Origin: an uncultured delta proteobacterium
Lineage (GTDB): Bacteria; Bdellovibrionota; FAC87; UBA2466
Length of the DNA: 64,000 nucleotides
Direction of reading: 5' to 3'
Assembly (NCBI GenBank): GCA_963778115.1
Contig: CAVZSV010000005.1
Location: forward strand, 501,863 to 565,862
The position numbers were made by a program, and so were the translations under genes. How positions within the stretch are numbered: position 1 is the stretch's first letter; the number at the start of each line of letters is the position of its first letter. This document shows positions 1 through 10,721 of this stretch, piece by piece. The notes under the pieces are model-generated. The model saw nothing but the letters and a program-made list of their open reading frames with translations. It was not told the DNA's origin and did not search any database.

Positions 1-1067
1 CTTTGCTTGTCAGAAGATGCGACCGTCAATAGTTCGAGACGCGATCTCACTTGGACTCTTAATGCATTCTCATCCACGGGCACGAGATCGCCCCATCTTC
101 CATTTCCCAACAGATCGCCCATTCCCCCTACCTGGGTGCTCACTACGGGAACTCCCGCTATTACGGCTTCAATAATCGACACCGAAGTCCCTTCGTTATG
201 GGAACTACACACACACAAATCGAGATCAGGCAAATCCGGTACCGACGGAGTTCTCCATCCGCAGAAATGGATTCTCTCTGAAGACAGACTCTTTGCCAAA
301 GCTTTGAGCTTTTCCGATTCGGCACCGTCCCCAATAATCACCAAATGCAAATGGGGACGTTCCACCAGCAAGGGTGCCAACGCGCGTAAAAAGATATCGA
401 CCCCTTTTACCGGTACCAGCCGCCCCACAATTCCCACTACTTCGGCACTCGCATCAATTCCCAGATCGCTGCGTAACTTAGGCGGATGTTCAAGGGCTCG
501 ACTTAGGGAATCAACGTCAAAACCAAGTTCCACGACACTCACTTTTTCGCCCGATACTATTCCCGCCCCCACCAGATCGTTTGCTACCTGTTTCGATACA
601 GCGATGGTACGACTTGTGAGAAGCCCTAAGCCTCTTTCCACAACGACCACAATCTTATTCACTATTCCGTGCCAATACCCTGTCAAAAGATGCCCATGGT
701 AAGTATGAACGATCACCGGAACGCCAGTCACCCAGGCAGCCACTCGGCCTAGTAGCCCCGCCTTGAAAGTATGGGTATGTACGATATCAGGCCGTTCGCG
801 CCAAAAAAGGCAGACCAATTGAATGAGTGCCTTTAAGTCCTTACGGAACGAAATAGGTGCTTGAAACTCTTGAATAGAACAGACCTGGGCCCCCATCGAT
901 CTGGCCCAAGGTTCCATGGAGCCTTCCGAAATGTCAGGAGTCCCTACGACTAACAGGGTCTCAAATCCGTATTTTTTAAGACCTACCGACAGATTCACCA
1001 CGTGAACGGAGGGCCCTCCAATATTCAGTCGTGAGAATAGGCGGCAGATCTTCCTTCCAGATGGCAT
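1..1067 (-). CDS. Glycosyltransferase family 4 (GT-B), 3'-truncated by the window edge; not in the ORF track
   Basis: Manual translation from ATG at 1067 (preceded by GGGGAGGGG) gives MPSGRKICRLFSRLNIGGPSVHVVNLSVGLKKYGFETLLVVG..., with later PDIVHTHTFKAG, HTYHGH and EGTSVSIIEA-type GT4 motifs. Overlaps the upstream gene by ~90 nt. Confidence 0.88.
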   Translation of the reverse strand, partial: MPSGRKICRLFSRLNIGGPSVHVVNLSVGLKKYGFETLLVVGTPDISEGSMEPWARSMGAQVCSIQEFQAPISFRKDLKALIQLVCLFWRERPDIVHTHTFKAGLLGRVAAWVTGVPVIVHTYHGHLLTGYWHGIVNKIVVVVERGLGLLTSRTIAVSKQVANDLVGAGIVSGEKVSVVELGFDVDSLSRALEHPPKLRSDLGIDASAEVVGIVGRLVPVKGVDIFLRALAPLLVERPHLHLVIIGDGAESEKLKALAKSLSSERIHFCGWRTPSVPDLPDLDLCVCSSHNEGTSVSIIEAVIAGVPVVSTQVGGMGDLLGNGRWGDLVPVDENALRVQVRSRLELLTVASSDKQ

Positions 1068-2298
1068 AGATCCCCTCCCCGGAGAAAATAGCGAAGAAAA
1101 GAAACGGTAACGTGCGATGTCGGTAAATCGTACCCATGTTACTAATCACAATTGACTGTGCCAACACGAAGAAAGCGCAGAAGGTCAGAATCACCACCGT
1201 TTGGAAAGGGGCTCTACGATAAATGCGCTTCAAACCTATAAGGGTCGGCCACGTTAGAACGTAAACTGATAGCGCTTCCACAAAGGAGACCGCTTGCACC
1301 GTATCTGAAATTTCCCAGGGAAAAGGGCCAAAAAAATAATGGCTCAAAGAAACCGGCACGAAAGTTAAGACGTCCGTAATGGAGAAAAAATCCTGATCCA
1401 ATCCGAAGGAGCTCTTAGCAACACTATCCAAGAGGCGCAGGTTCGCAAAACTCTCGCGCATCTTTTCCAACTGAGCCAAATTCTGCTCCACCAGATGGGG
1501 AAAAGCCGACTGGAAAAAGAGCAGTACGGCAATGGTCAATATCGTAACGCAGGGAATGAAAATAATGGGATGTACCTTGCGAAGCACGAAGTAAAAAATA
1601 CAAGAGGCCACGATCGCACTTACAAATAGATTGTTAATGTATTCTCGAAGGCCTAGCACCAACCAGAATGTCAGTGCGCACCCTATGGCACAAACCACTC
1701 TTTTTCCGAAAGTGATGTCCTTGCGCCGTGAAACTGCCACAAAAAAGAAATAGAAGAAACTCACACAGGCTAGCAAATACATGGGGTCGCGAATATTGGT
1801 GGCCGACCACATATTAAAGGATGGATAAAGGGCTAAAAGGAAAGCGGTCACACAGGCGGGTAAATACCTGGCCTGGCCTTCTCTTCCTTGAGACATGAAT
1901 TCGGTTTGAAGCAAATACACCACGTAAATCGCCAGAGTGCCAAACAATGCATTCGTCAGTGTCGCTATCAGGGGCTCTTTTCCAAAGAAAGTGAACATCG
2001 CTGCCAAATAACGCTCATAGATATTAAACTTATTCATCGCCCCGTAGGTAAGGGAAGTGAAAATATCGGCGGACATCCATTTTTGAGAAAGTAACCACGA
2101 CCGATACTCATAACGAATACTGTCCACGACAAAAGCGTACTTCATTCCACCTTCCAGCCAGACGGCAAGGCTTGCGCGCAATAAGAACGCCCCTACCATG
2201 ATAATGCCGGCCCATATTCTCAGCTGGAAGAACCAAAGAAATAAAATCGAAGCGAATCCGAATATCAAAAAGATCAAGGTGTAATTGACTTCTGTCAT
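976..2298 (-). CDS. Multi-pass membrane protein, putative Wzy-like polymerase / GT-C fold protein
   Basis: About 10-12 hydrophobic segments, DS..YE loop near the N-terminus, PFPW and N.GT.YR.R motifs; lies between glycosyltransferases. Confidence 0.65.
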   Translation of the reverse strand: MTEVNYTLIFLIFGFASILFLWFFQLRIWAGIIMVGAFLLRASLAVWLEGGMKYAFVVDSIRYEYRSWLLSQKWMSADIFTSLTYGAMNKFNIYERYLAAMFTFFGKEPLIATLTNALFGTLAIYVVYLLQTEFMSQGREGQARYLPACVTAFLLALYPSFNMWSATNIRDPMYLLACVSFFYFFFVAVSRRKDITFGKRVVCAIGCALTFWLVLGLREYINNLFVSAIVASCIFYFVLRKVHPIIFIPCVTILTIAVLLFFQSAFPHLVEQNLAQLEKMRESFANLRLLDSVAKSSFGLDQDFFSITDVLTFVPVSLSHYFFGPFPWEISDTVQAVSFVEALSVYVLTWPTLIGLKRIYRRAPFQTVVILTFCAFFVLAQSIVISNMGTIYRHRTLPFLFFAIFSGEGIYAIWKEDLPPILTTEYWRALRSRGESVGRS

Positions 2299-4517
2299 AC
2301 GCCTAGCTCCGCGACGGGGGCAGCCATTATCTGTCGATAAATTTCAGAAATCTTAGCTCCAATCACGCGACTGGAGAAACGGATTTCGATACTTTTTCTG
2401 GCACTTTCGCCTAACGCTCCCCCTAACGAGAAACCCGCCTGCCTGTCGCGAGCCAGAATGGACAGCTTATCCGCCAGATCCTTTATGTCCCCTTGCCGAA
2501 AACAGAGCCCATTGACCCTATCTTCAACTAAAGATCGGTTGGGCACGATATCGCTGACCACACAAGGAATTCCATAAGAAAGCGCTTCCAAAAGTGCATT
2601 CGACATTCCTTCGGAGACCGAAGGCAATACAAAGACATCTGCCGAAAGGTAAAAGGGAGCTACCTGCTTCTGATTTCCATGAAAAATAACTCGAGTGTCG
2701 GACTCGACAGAACTCGCTAATCTCTTGAGTGACTCGGTCACATCGCGGCCGCCGTAACTGCCCCCAACCAGGTGCACTTCACACGCCAAGCCAGATCGCC
2801 CTACTTGGGCTGCCGCTTCGATCAGATCGGAAAGACACTTTTCACTGCTTAGCCGACCACAATACAAGATTCGAAAAGGGGCATCGAAATCCTTTTTCAG
2901 AGTTCTTTCTGCGTTTAAATTAGGCAACTCGACTCCATTAGGAACCAGTGCGATTCGCTGGGGATCAAACCCGAGATCTAGCATTTCCAATCGCATCTCC
3001 TCAGAAAGAACTATCAAGCGATCGATATGTTTAAACGCCATACGGCGAAGACGGAAAAAGGGAAGTTTTTTTAGTTCCCTAGATTCTCCCAAAAATCCAC
3101 TTGCTGTCACTTTCACCACAAGCGCCTTACCCAATAAGAGTTTGGCAGCGACTCCGATAAGAGTCGGGGAATAAAGTTGATGAGCGTGAAGAACGGATAT
3201 GCGGTGCCGATGACGACAGATCTGGACAAATCCCGCAATGATGAACACGATGCCCCGAATCCTATGCGCAAACGAGGAGTCTGGGTGCCAGTTAGCGAAA
3301 GGATTCGGTGTCGAAAGAAAGTCCACATGCGACCATTCGGCAGGGGTTTTCTTCAATCGATCTTGCCGCTGCAATAGAAATACCCGGTATCCCAATCGGG
3401 TCAATTCTCGAGACTGCAACCATATTTGACGTTGCAATCCTCCTGTCGAATGAGTCACGACCGGACATATCATGCACACTCCGGGCCGAACCGATCTCTC
3501 AAGAAGCGCTCGATACTTTTCGACCATGACACCTATCTTAAGACGGCCCGAATAATATTGGAGCCCCAAATGAGAACGTTTTTTTCCTGGACCCGTATCT
3601 TTAGAAATTTCGAGAATCGCCTCTGTCAAAGATTTTACAATGGCTTCACCTCTGGGGACTAAAACCCCAAAAGAGCCATTCCCCAAGACATCAGAGTTGG
3701 CGCCCACCGCCGTCGCCACAATGGGCAGTGAAAACTGCATCGCCTCTAGAACCGCCATTCCGAAGCTCTCCGTTTTGGCGGGATTCACATACATGTCCAA
3801 CGAGGCCAAGAAATTGTCGATATCTTCGACAAAACCGCAGAACTCAATATTGTCTTGCAACTGCAATTTCCGAGTAAGTGAAATCAGCGACTTCAATTCA
3901 GGACCGTCGCCGGCTATCCGCAGTGTCGCTTCAGGAAGGACCTGAGTAACGGCCTTCATGGCCAAGATAAGGTCATCTAAACCTTTCTCCGACCGTAGCA
4001 TGGCAACCGAACCTATGGTGAAGGGACGGTTTTTTCTAGCGTGGCAAACAGACGTCTTGTCTTTGAGCTCCAGAGCATTTTCGATCATCTCGGCATTGGG
4101 ATATTTGCGAATCCCCTTATAAGTTTGACGACTTACTGCCACCAAATGATCAGCGGTAGGAAAGATGCAATGCTCATCCAAAATTCTTTTCACCAAAGGC
4201 CATTTTTGCCCCTGATACGAACAATAATGAACGGTGTGGATCCAAACGAAGGTTTTATCAAAAATTCTGCGGAGTCGGACTACAAGACCAGGAAGAAAAA
4301 GGTGCGAATGAATAACATCGTAACGACCAAAGAGGATCGCAAATAGCCCTCGCTGCCGAACAGCAATGGGTAAAGGAGGCTCTCTTCCGCTTAGGGAAGC
4401 TACCTCGATCACATGCGAATGGCTGCTTGATTCCTTTAGGGACTTAACGATTTCGACAACAACACGCTCGGCTCCCGCCATTCGTGTCGTGCGCATCGCA
4501 AACAAACAAGTTGCCAC
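2295..4517 (-). CDS. Tandem double GT4 glycosyltransferase
   Basis: Two complete GT4 modules: ESFGMAVLEAM and EGMSNALLEAL signature motifs, each preceded by an R..EK motif. Confidence 0.88.
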   Translation of the reverse strand: MATCLFAMRTTRMAGAERVVVEIVKSLKESSSHSHVIEVASLSGREPPLPIAVRQRGLFAILFGRYDVIHSHLFLPGLVVRLRRIFDKTFVWIHTVHYCSYQGQKWPLVKRILDEHCIFPTADHLVAVSRQTYKGIRKYPNAEMIENALELKDKTSVCHARKNRPFTIGSVAMLRSEKGLDDLILAMKAVTQVLPEATLRIAGDGPELKSLISLTRKLQLQDNIEFCGFVEDIDNFLASLDMYVNPAKTESFGMAVLEAMQFSLPIVATAVGANSDVLGNGSFGVLVPRGEAIVKSLTEAILEISKDTGPGKKRSHLGLQYYSGRLKIGVMVEKYRALLERSVRPGVCMICPVVTHSTGGLQRQIWLQSRELTRLGYRVFLLQRQDRLKKTPAEWSHVDFLSTPNPFANWHPDSSFAHRIRGIVFIIAGFVQICRHRHRISVLHAHQLYSPTLIGVAAKLLLGKALVVKVTASGFLGESRELKKLPFFRLRRMAFKHIDRLIVLSEEMRLEMLDLGFDPQRIALVPNGVELPNLNAERTLKKDFDAPFRILYCGRLSSEKCLSDLIEAAAQVGRSGLACEVHLVGGSYGGRDVTESLKRLASSVESDTRVIFHGNQKQVAPFYLSADVFVLPSVSEGMSNALLEALSYGIPCVVSDIVPNRSLVEDRVNGLCFRQGDIKDLADKLSILARDRQAGFSLGGALGESARKSIEIRFSSRVIGAKISEIYRQIMAAPVAELGV

Positions 4518-4520
4518 CAG

Positions 4521-6101
4521 TTACGCTCCAAAACCAGGCGCATGCGGATGACCTAAAGGTGAAAGTACTGTGCCGTTATCCGTTGCCATCTCGGGCTCTC
4601 GTTTTTGTTTCGCCGCCCGAATCAAGGCCTGAGCTCTCATCTCACACCACATCAAAAAGACAATCGATACGAATAGAGCCATCAACAGACAAACCGTATA
4701 AACCAATACCAACATCGGACGACGCGAGGTCGGATCCGGAAGGGCCGGCTGAATCACACGCAGACGTGCCGAATTCAGATTCGACTGCACATGAAGTTGG
4801 GCGCCCAGTCTATTTAGTTCGGCTATCAAATTGCGATATTCTACTTCGGATGCCATTAGATCTTTTTGAAGATCGGATACCTCTCTACCAGATGGACCAC
4901 TTTCGTGTTTTTCAATCTGCTCTTTCATGCGATCCGCTTGGGTCGCCAATTCGGCATATTCAGCTTGACGCTGTTCATACAATTGATGCGACAGGCGGAA
5001 AGCTTGGGCTTGAATATCGGCGCGACGTGTCGCCGTATCCACACTAGGATGGGTACTTCCTTCATCCTGCAGCGCTTTATCTACCACTCTTAGATCTTGG
5101 ATCTCAGGGATCGAAATTGCCCAAAGGCGATCCAAGGATTCTGTCGCCTCCGCTTTTTGCAACTCTTCTAATTCCTTTTGAATGCGAAGCCGCTTGATTT
5201 CGTTTTCAGAAATGGCCTCCGCTAATTTGGCATCGATTCTGTTGGTCGCATCACTTAAGGGAGCCATGGTGAGAGTCGCCAATTGACTCTTCACATCCTC
5301 CATCTTTCGGTTAATGTCTGCGGTAGTGAGCTGGAGCCACTGATTGACCCGACTCAAGTGTTCGACATTGAGATTTTTGATCTCGTTTTCTAGATAATCC
5401 CAGTAAAGGTTCGTAATTTCAGACGCAATTTGAGGATCATTGGCGTAACCCTGTACCACTAGCAATTCAGAACCTTCTGCATAGAAGGTCTCCGCTCGCA
5501 CCACCGAGGGCTCAAGCTGTGTTCCTGTATGAGGCTGAGAGTTATATTGCGCAAGAACCCACTGCCGCGCCGGTTCACCCCGAAGACGACGAGCAATAAG
5601 GCCCAGTGGAACTTTTAAATCGACGGGAAAGGATGCAAATTCAAGCCGATTCGAGAATAGTGGTATTCGAGAAGCGATATCATTAGGCTTTTCAGGCGCG
5701 TACAAATGGAGTGTCGAATAATACGTCGACGTTATAAATTGCGCCAAAAAGCAGCTCACTACCAGAGTCACGTAAAAGGAAACTTGGACACCGAATTTGT
5801 GTCGTCGGATGGCATCTTTAATGGATTGCCAGGACGAGTACCAGATCGGTACGGCGGCTAGGATCTTTTCCCTAAAAAGATTCGGATCCATAACTAGCTC
5901 TTTAGCCGCTCCTCCCGGGGTCGGAGGCGTTCCCCCCGTCGGCGAAGTCACCGTCTCAGAGGGGCTGTCCCAAGGACGCCTTACCGAGTCTCGACTCACC
6001 CGATTCGTTATCGCTGATTCAAACTGCTCTTTCTCCCCAGCGATTTCCTTAGCGTACTTCTTCATGAGGTCTTCAATGTTCGGCATTGGAGCCCCCTCCA
6101 T
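4521..6101 (-). CDS. Wzz/GumC-like polysaccharide co-polymerase without kinase domain (start possibly 6086)
   Basis: N-terminal TM, long coiled-coil periplasmic region, R.IQPA.P...RP motif before the C-terminal TM; no Walker A or Tyr cluster. Confidence 0.7.
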   Translation of the reverse strand: MEGAPMPNIEDLMKKYAKEIAGEKEQFESAITNRVSRDSVRRPWDSPSETVTSPTGGTPPTPGGAAKELVMDPNLFREKILAAVPIWYSSWQSIKDAIRRHKFGVQVSFYVTLVVSCFLAQFITSTYYSTLHLYAPEKPNDIASRIPLFSNRLEFASFPVDLKVPLGLIARRLRGEPARQWVLAQYNSQPHTGTQLEPSVVRAETFYAEGSELLVVQGYANDPQIASEITNLYWDYLENEIKNLNVEHLSRVNQWLQLTTADINRKMEDVKSQLATLTMAPLSDATNRIDAKLAEAISENEIKRLRIQKELEELQKAEATESLDRLWAISIPEIQDLRVVDKALQDEGSTHPSVDTATRRADIQAQAFRLSHQLYEQRQAEYAELATQADRMKEQIEKHESGPSGREVSDLQKDLMASEVEYRNLIAELNRLGAQLHVQSNLNSARLRVIQPALPDPTSRRPMLVLVYTVCLLMALFVSIVFLMWCEMRAQALIRAAKQKREPEMATDNGTVLSPLGHPHAPGFGA

Positions 6102-7110
6102 TCAATGGTACGTGCATTACTTCACGTACCAGGCCATCGAAATCGTCCTTTGCTCGAGACTTGATTTTGCCAAACAAATCGCGTTTCAGAGTCAGAGACA
6201 ACTTGATCTCAGATGATTGCCGAATGGCAGACTGCATCATCAAAGGACGATATTTATCCGCTAAATGCCCGAGATATAGAAACGACAGTTTCTCAACCGG
6301 GTTGAATCTATTCAACAAAATTCTAATATCCGTCTTAAAGTTAAAGCGACGTTGCAATTCTAATATTTCGCTTATGGTCAAATTTAAACCATTCCTCGAA
6401 AATTCATCGAGTTGAATGGGAAGCAATACCAAATTTGACGCACGCACTGCCGAAGCATTCACCAAATTAAGTGAGGGTGCGCAATCCATGACAATGTAAT
6501 TGTAAGCGTCACCTACAACTTTAAGAACACTATCTAATTCCAATAACGACGTGGGATTTCTTTCAAGCATTTTGCGTTCAAGCAGAGAGTTCACAGCGGT
6601 CGAAGGAATTAGATGTAGATGTTCGCTCAAAGGTAATATCGCCCCCGTTGGCGAACACTGTCCGGTAAGCATGTCCAGCAAAACTGCCGACGATTCGGAT
6701 ACGTTGAAGCCGTAGTTTTCTGGATGTAACGCTGATGTGAGATTGGCTTGAGGATCCGCATCAATAAACAGAACCTTTGCTCCGTAACTAGCAAGACGAA
6801 GTCCCAGAAAATAAGCTGTGGTTGTCTTGCCGACACCACCTTTGCACATCATGCAGGCAATACGCATGGCGGGCGTCGGGAAAACGTGTCCCGACGCTTC
6901 CAAAACATACCTAGCCTGCGCGTCAAACACAGAGAGATCTATTTCTTGTCCTTTACGTCGAGCGCGAGGAACTATATTTTCCTTCGCGCAAAACGATTCC
7001 ATCTCTTCTTGTGATTGATTAAGCAGCTTTCTAAGATCTTCAAGCCTCACCCAGTGGCGAAACTCTTTCGAACTCATGATAAGCACCCCGAGGAAAATTA
7101 AACTGCACAT
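6073..7110 (-). CDS. ParA/Soj family ATPase with N-terminal extension
   Basis: Deviant Walker A KGGVGKTT, IDADPQANLT, MDCAPSL motifs. Confidence 0.88.
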   Translation of the reverse strand: MCSLIFLGVLIMSSKEFRHWVRLEDLRKLLNQSQEEMESFCAKENIVPRARRKGQEIDLSVFDAQARYVLEASGHVFPTPAMRIACMMCKGGVGKTTTAYFLGLRLASYGAKVLFIDADPQANLTSALHPENYGFNVSESSAVLLDMLTGQCSPTGAILPLSEHLHLIPSTAVNSLLERKMLERNPTSLLELDSVLKVVGDAYNYIVMDCAPSLNLVNASAVRASNLVLLPIQLDEFSRNGLNLTISEILELQRRFNFKTDIRILLNRFNPVEKLSFLYLGHLADKYRPLMMQSAIRQSSEIKLSLTLKRDLFGKIKSRAKDDFDGLVREVMHVPLNGGGSNAEH

Positions 7111-7307
7111 AAATCAAGTTGTCGAGCAAATTGAAAAAAAAAACTTGCCAACACATCCTCAAATACGAGAGTCTGAGCGACTTTTTTTTTGCGTTTCTCC
7201 TCTGAACAGGCCGCGAAATCCGATCCAAAAATGGTTTTTATTGCCAGAACGGCAATAAGTGAGGAAAATATCATCATCTTATTTCTATCCATACAGACGG
7301 GGGACTC

Positions 7308-8351
7308 ATGAAAGCTCTTTTGACGGGTGGTGCCGGCTTTATCGGATCGCACCTTACCGGAAATTTGTTAACGCACGATTTTAAAGTCGATTGCGTTGAC
7401 GACCTGTCGACGGGTTGTTTGGAAAATCTAGAAGGCTGGAAAAATCATCCAGGCTTTCGATTCTTCGAAGGGCGAGCGGAAGACGAGAGTCTGATGGAGC
7501 CCTTGGTGGAACAGGCCGATGTTATCTATCACTTAGCCGCTTCGGTAGGTGTTAAGAACATCATGTCCAATACCGTTCACTCCATCGAAAACAATCTATC
7601 GGGAACTTTAGTAAACCTTAAGCTTGCTCATAAATACGGAAAGCGAATTTTCATCTTTTCCACGTCTGAGGTTTACGGCAAGACCAGTCGTTTCCCCTTT
7701 GAGGAAGAGGACGACGTCGTGCTTGGACCTGTTAGCAAGATCCGTTGGTCCTATGCCGCTGCAAAATTGGTCGATGACTATCTTGCGAGAGCCTACTTTT
7801 ATGAGAAGCAAACCAAAGTAACCATGGTTCGCCTCTTTAATACAATCGGGACCGGCCAGGTGGGACATTATGGAATGGTGGTTCCGCGCTTTTTTGAACA
7901 AGCGCGTAGTAATCAAGCCATCACCATCTATGGAGATGGAAGCCAAACCCGCTGCTTTACCGATGTCAGAGATGTCGTCGAAGTCCTGCGCCGCTTAATC
8001 AACGAACCTAAGTCTCACGGGGAACTTATTAATGTAGGTAGCACCGAAGAGCTTAGCATTTTGCAGTTGGCAGAAAAAATTCGTCTCATCACGCAATCTC
8101 AGTCTGACATGAAATTCATTCCCTTTGAAACCGTATACGGTCCACACTTCGAAGACATGAAACGGCGCGTTCCCAATGTTTCGAAACTAAAGGCCATCAC
8201 TCAATTCCAATTTAAATATGGTTTGAACGAAACACTGTCCTGGATTCAAAGACAACACCAAAGTACGACGGCTGAAATCGCAAGCGTTATGGATCCAGAA
8301 ATTGTCATTAAACCTGTTTCCTTCTCCGATGGCTTAGGAGTCGACAACTAA
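7308..8351 (+). CDS. NAD-dependent nucleotide-sugar epimerase/dehydratase (extended SDR)
   Basis: TGGAGFIGS, STSEVYG, YAAAK catalytic motif, GDGSQTRCF. Confidence 0.92.
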   Translation: MKALLTGGAGFIGSHLTGNLLTHDFKVDCVDDLSTGCLENLEGWKNHPGFRFFEGRAEDESLMEPLVEQADVIYHLAASVGVKNIMSNTVHSIENNLSGTLVNLKLAHKYGKRIFIFSTSEVYGKTSRFPFEEEDDVVLGPVSKIRWSYAAAKLVDDYLARAYFYEKQTKVTMVRLFNTIGTGQVGHYGMVVPRFFEQARSNQAITIYGDGSQTRCFTDVRDVVEVLRRLINEPKSHGELINVGSTEELSILQLAEKIRLITQSQSDMKFIPFETVYGPHFEDMKRRVPNVSKLKAITQFQFKYGLNETLSWIQRQHQSTTAEIASVMDPEIVIKPVSFSDGLGVDN

Positions 8352-9287
8352 ATGTCACTTCAAGTTATCACGGTCTTTCTTTTATTGGTGCCCGTCCTGA
8401 CATCGGCTTTTTTGACTGTCGGAATAGAGGGTATTTGCCACCGGCTAAATCTCTTCGATCTGCCTGGAGAAAGAAAGATGCAGGTACTTCCGGTGCCAAG
8501 GTTGGGGGGAGCGGCTTTTTTCATCACTTCGGTAATCTTTGCAGCGTTATTCTCACTAGGAACCACATTCACTCACATGATGGGAGCTTTCGTCGTCTTT
8601 GTCGGAGGATTCATTGACGACGTCTACCCCCGCAATTCAGTTAAGGGAAAACTACTCTTCCAAATACCTGCAGCCATTATTTTTGCGTACGGCTGCCCCA
8701 TCGAATTTTTAGTAAATCACGCTTGGCAAGCGATCCTCTTAAGAGTGGCACTTTTTGGGTTTGTCTTTTTCATGACCAACGCTACAAACCTGATGGACAA
8801 CATGGACGGGCTGGCGGCCGGAACTTCTGTCATCATTTTGGCCACCTTGTCAGCCCTCGGACTTTTTCAGGCTCACGATCTTACTTTTTCGCTGCTAGGG
8901 CTACTGGTAGCCGCTGCGACATTGGGATTTCTCCTTAGAAACTTTCCTTCGGGAAAGATCTATATGGGAGACCAAGGGAGTCAATTTCTCGGCTACTTCA
9001 CCTCCTCTTACGCTATTTTACTTTTCATAAAATGCGCAAAGCTTGATCCAAAACTTGGTGTCATGAGCTTTGTCATTCCTGCAGCCATTCTTTTTGGTCT
9101 TTTTCTTTACGACGTTAGTTTAGTCGTTGCGATTCGCGTTTCAGAAGGACGCTCGCCTTTCGTAGGCGATCAATGCCATGTTTCGCACCAGTTGGTGCGA
9201 CGCGGCTTTTCACCAAGAATTGCGGTCCTCATCCTTCTGATGATTCAAATGGGATTGAGTATCCTGGCGTTTCGTTTATTTCCTTAA
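8352..9287 (+). CDS. WecA/MraY-family undecaprenyl-phosphate sugar-1-phosphate transferase
   Basis: D.P..RK, PRLGG, GFIDD, NATNLMDNMDGL, YMGDQGS motifs; many TMs. Confidence 0.9.
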   Translation: MSLQVITVFLLLVPVLTSAFLTVGIEGICHRLNLFDLPGERKMQVLPVPRLGGAAFFITSVIFAALFSLGTTFTHMMGAFVVFVGGFIDDVYPRNSVKGKLLFQIPAAIIFAYGCPIEFLVNHAWQAILLRVALFGFVFFMTNATNLMDNMDGLAAGTSVIILATLSALGLFQAHDLTFSLLGLLVAAATLGFLLRNFPSGKIYMGDQGSQFLGYFTSSYAILLFIKCAKLDPKLGVMSFVIPAAILFGLFLYDVSLVVAIRVSEGRSPFVGDQCHVSHQLVRRGFSPRIAVLILLMIQMGLSILAFRLFP

Positions 9288-9404
9288 TTAGCTTTCGCAC
9301 AAAAATCTCTGCCTTCCTTTACCCATTCTTCATTTTTTCAGTAATGCTCCTCGGCTAAACTACCGATGAGAGAGGAAACGCTTTGATTTCAGGAGGAAGT
9401 CGCG

Positions 9405-10721
9405 TTGCCTCGCGTCATCACCCCAATCATTCTTTTCCTACTCTTTACCGCTATACCTGTGCACGCTGAAGACGGTGTGCCCGAAGAAGAGCAGCAATCC
9501 GTTACTGAGGGCAAGAAGGACGTCGCTCCCTTAGCGCCCCAAGAAACGATCCCAACAACAACGCCGGCAGTAATTCAGACAGACCAAGCAGCTCCTTTGC
9601 TTCCTTCAGGAGGCTCTCTCGTAGATAAGCCTCCGCCACCGGCATCACTGCAATCTTCAGATGACAAATCCTCCGATGACAAAGTGGAAGAGGAAACGAC
9701 AGCAGGGCCCGCTCCGTTAGTGGACCCGAACCTCGCTCAGAGTGATGCCAACAATTCAAAAACAAAAACGCTTAATCAGGTACTCCTAACGCGATTAAAA
9801 AATGCCAAGGGAAAAGAACTAATCGTGGCAGTTCTCAGCCCCATCGATCAAAGTCAGCAGGACCTTGGCGAATATGTGCGCAGTTCGCTCATGAAGAACC
9901 TCGAAAAGTTCGGACACGAGAGTGTCTTGCCTAGCGACATCACGCCAGCCGCCATTGATCTTGAAAACTTTCGAAGTATCATTTTAAAGACAAAATCCGA
10001 TATCCTTTTAATTTCCGTCATTAAATCCGCAGGGTGTGAACTTTTCCTATTCGATAAACGAACCCCATATCAAATTTATTTTTACTCGCAGGACTTCCCC
10101 GAAGAGTTCCAAGGACATCCCAATAGAGATCTCCTTGAAGCCTATTTGCCGCTGGCATTACGTCGCCTGCTTTATTCTTTTGTGCAAAAAGAGTCCTTTG
10201 AAATGCCTCGCGAAATCACTACCGCTACTTTGCGAGGAGAAGAGATTCCGTATTGGATCGCTCGTCCGGGGCTAGTCACCCTGGTCAACCATGATACCCT
10301 TTCCAATATCTACGGATCGGTCACTATGGGGGGCTCCCTTGGAATTGGCCTCGGAACCACTTCAAGCGTTTTTGGGATCCAAACCGGCTTTCGAATAGCC
10401 GATGATTACTATCTGGAAGCTTCGTTAGAAAGTTTCACCTACAACTCATTCGGTCTTTCGCTAAAACACGCCATTACCTTCCCCGACACGCCGATGAAAA
10501 TTTTTGCGGGTATGGGTATCTCCTATCTTTTTAGCAACCACGCGATTGGATTTGATGCCGCTTATCTTCCCACGGCAAATACCATCTATTTCGTTCCCAG
10601 TATGTCGATTGTTTTTCCGGTGGTCGAAGTCTATTTGAAATTCGCCTCCGAACTCTTCATCAGCCCTGTTCACCCGGGAGTATTCCTAACGTTAGGTCCT
10701 GGTTTGTTCATGCATTTCTAA
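9405..10721 (+). CDS. Exported hypothetical protein, low-complexity N-terminus, probable C-terminal beta-barrel
   Basis: AGGAGG RBS before TTG, signal peptide (..VHA), acidic/Pro-rich linker, amphipathic beta-strands ending in Phe. Confidence 0.6.
   Translation: MPRVITPIILFLLFTAIPVHAEDGVPEEEQQSVTEGKKDVAPLAPQETIPTTTPAVIQTDQAAPLLPSGGSLVDKPPPPASLQSSDDKSSDDKVEEETTAGPAPLVDPNLAQSDANNSKTKTLNQVLLTRLKNAKGKELIVAVLSPIDQSQQDLGEYVRSSLMKNLEKFGHESVLPSDITPAAIDLENFRSIILKTKSDILLISVIKSAGCELFLFDKRTPYQIYFYSQDFPEEFQGHPNRDLLEAYLPLALRRLLYSFVQKESFEMPREITTATLRGEEIPYWIARPGLVTLVNHDTLSNIYGSVTMGGSLGIGLGTTSSVFGIQTGFRIADDYYLEASLESFTYNSFGLSLKHAITFPDTPMKIFAGMGISYLFSNHAIGFDAAYLPTANTIYFVPSMSIVFPVVEVYLKFASELFISPVHPGVFLTLGPGLFMHF

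Noticed and set aside
7..702. 231-aa plus-strand ORF
   Set aside because: Antisense shadow of the GT4 gene on the minus strand; no motifs.
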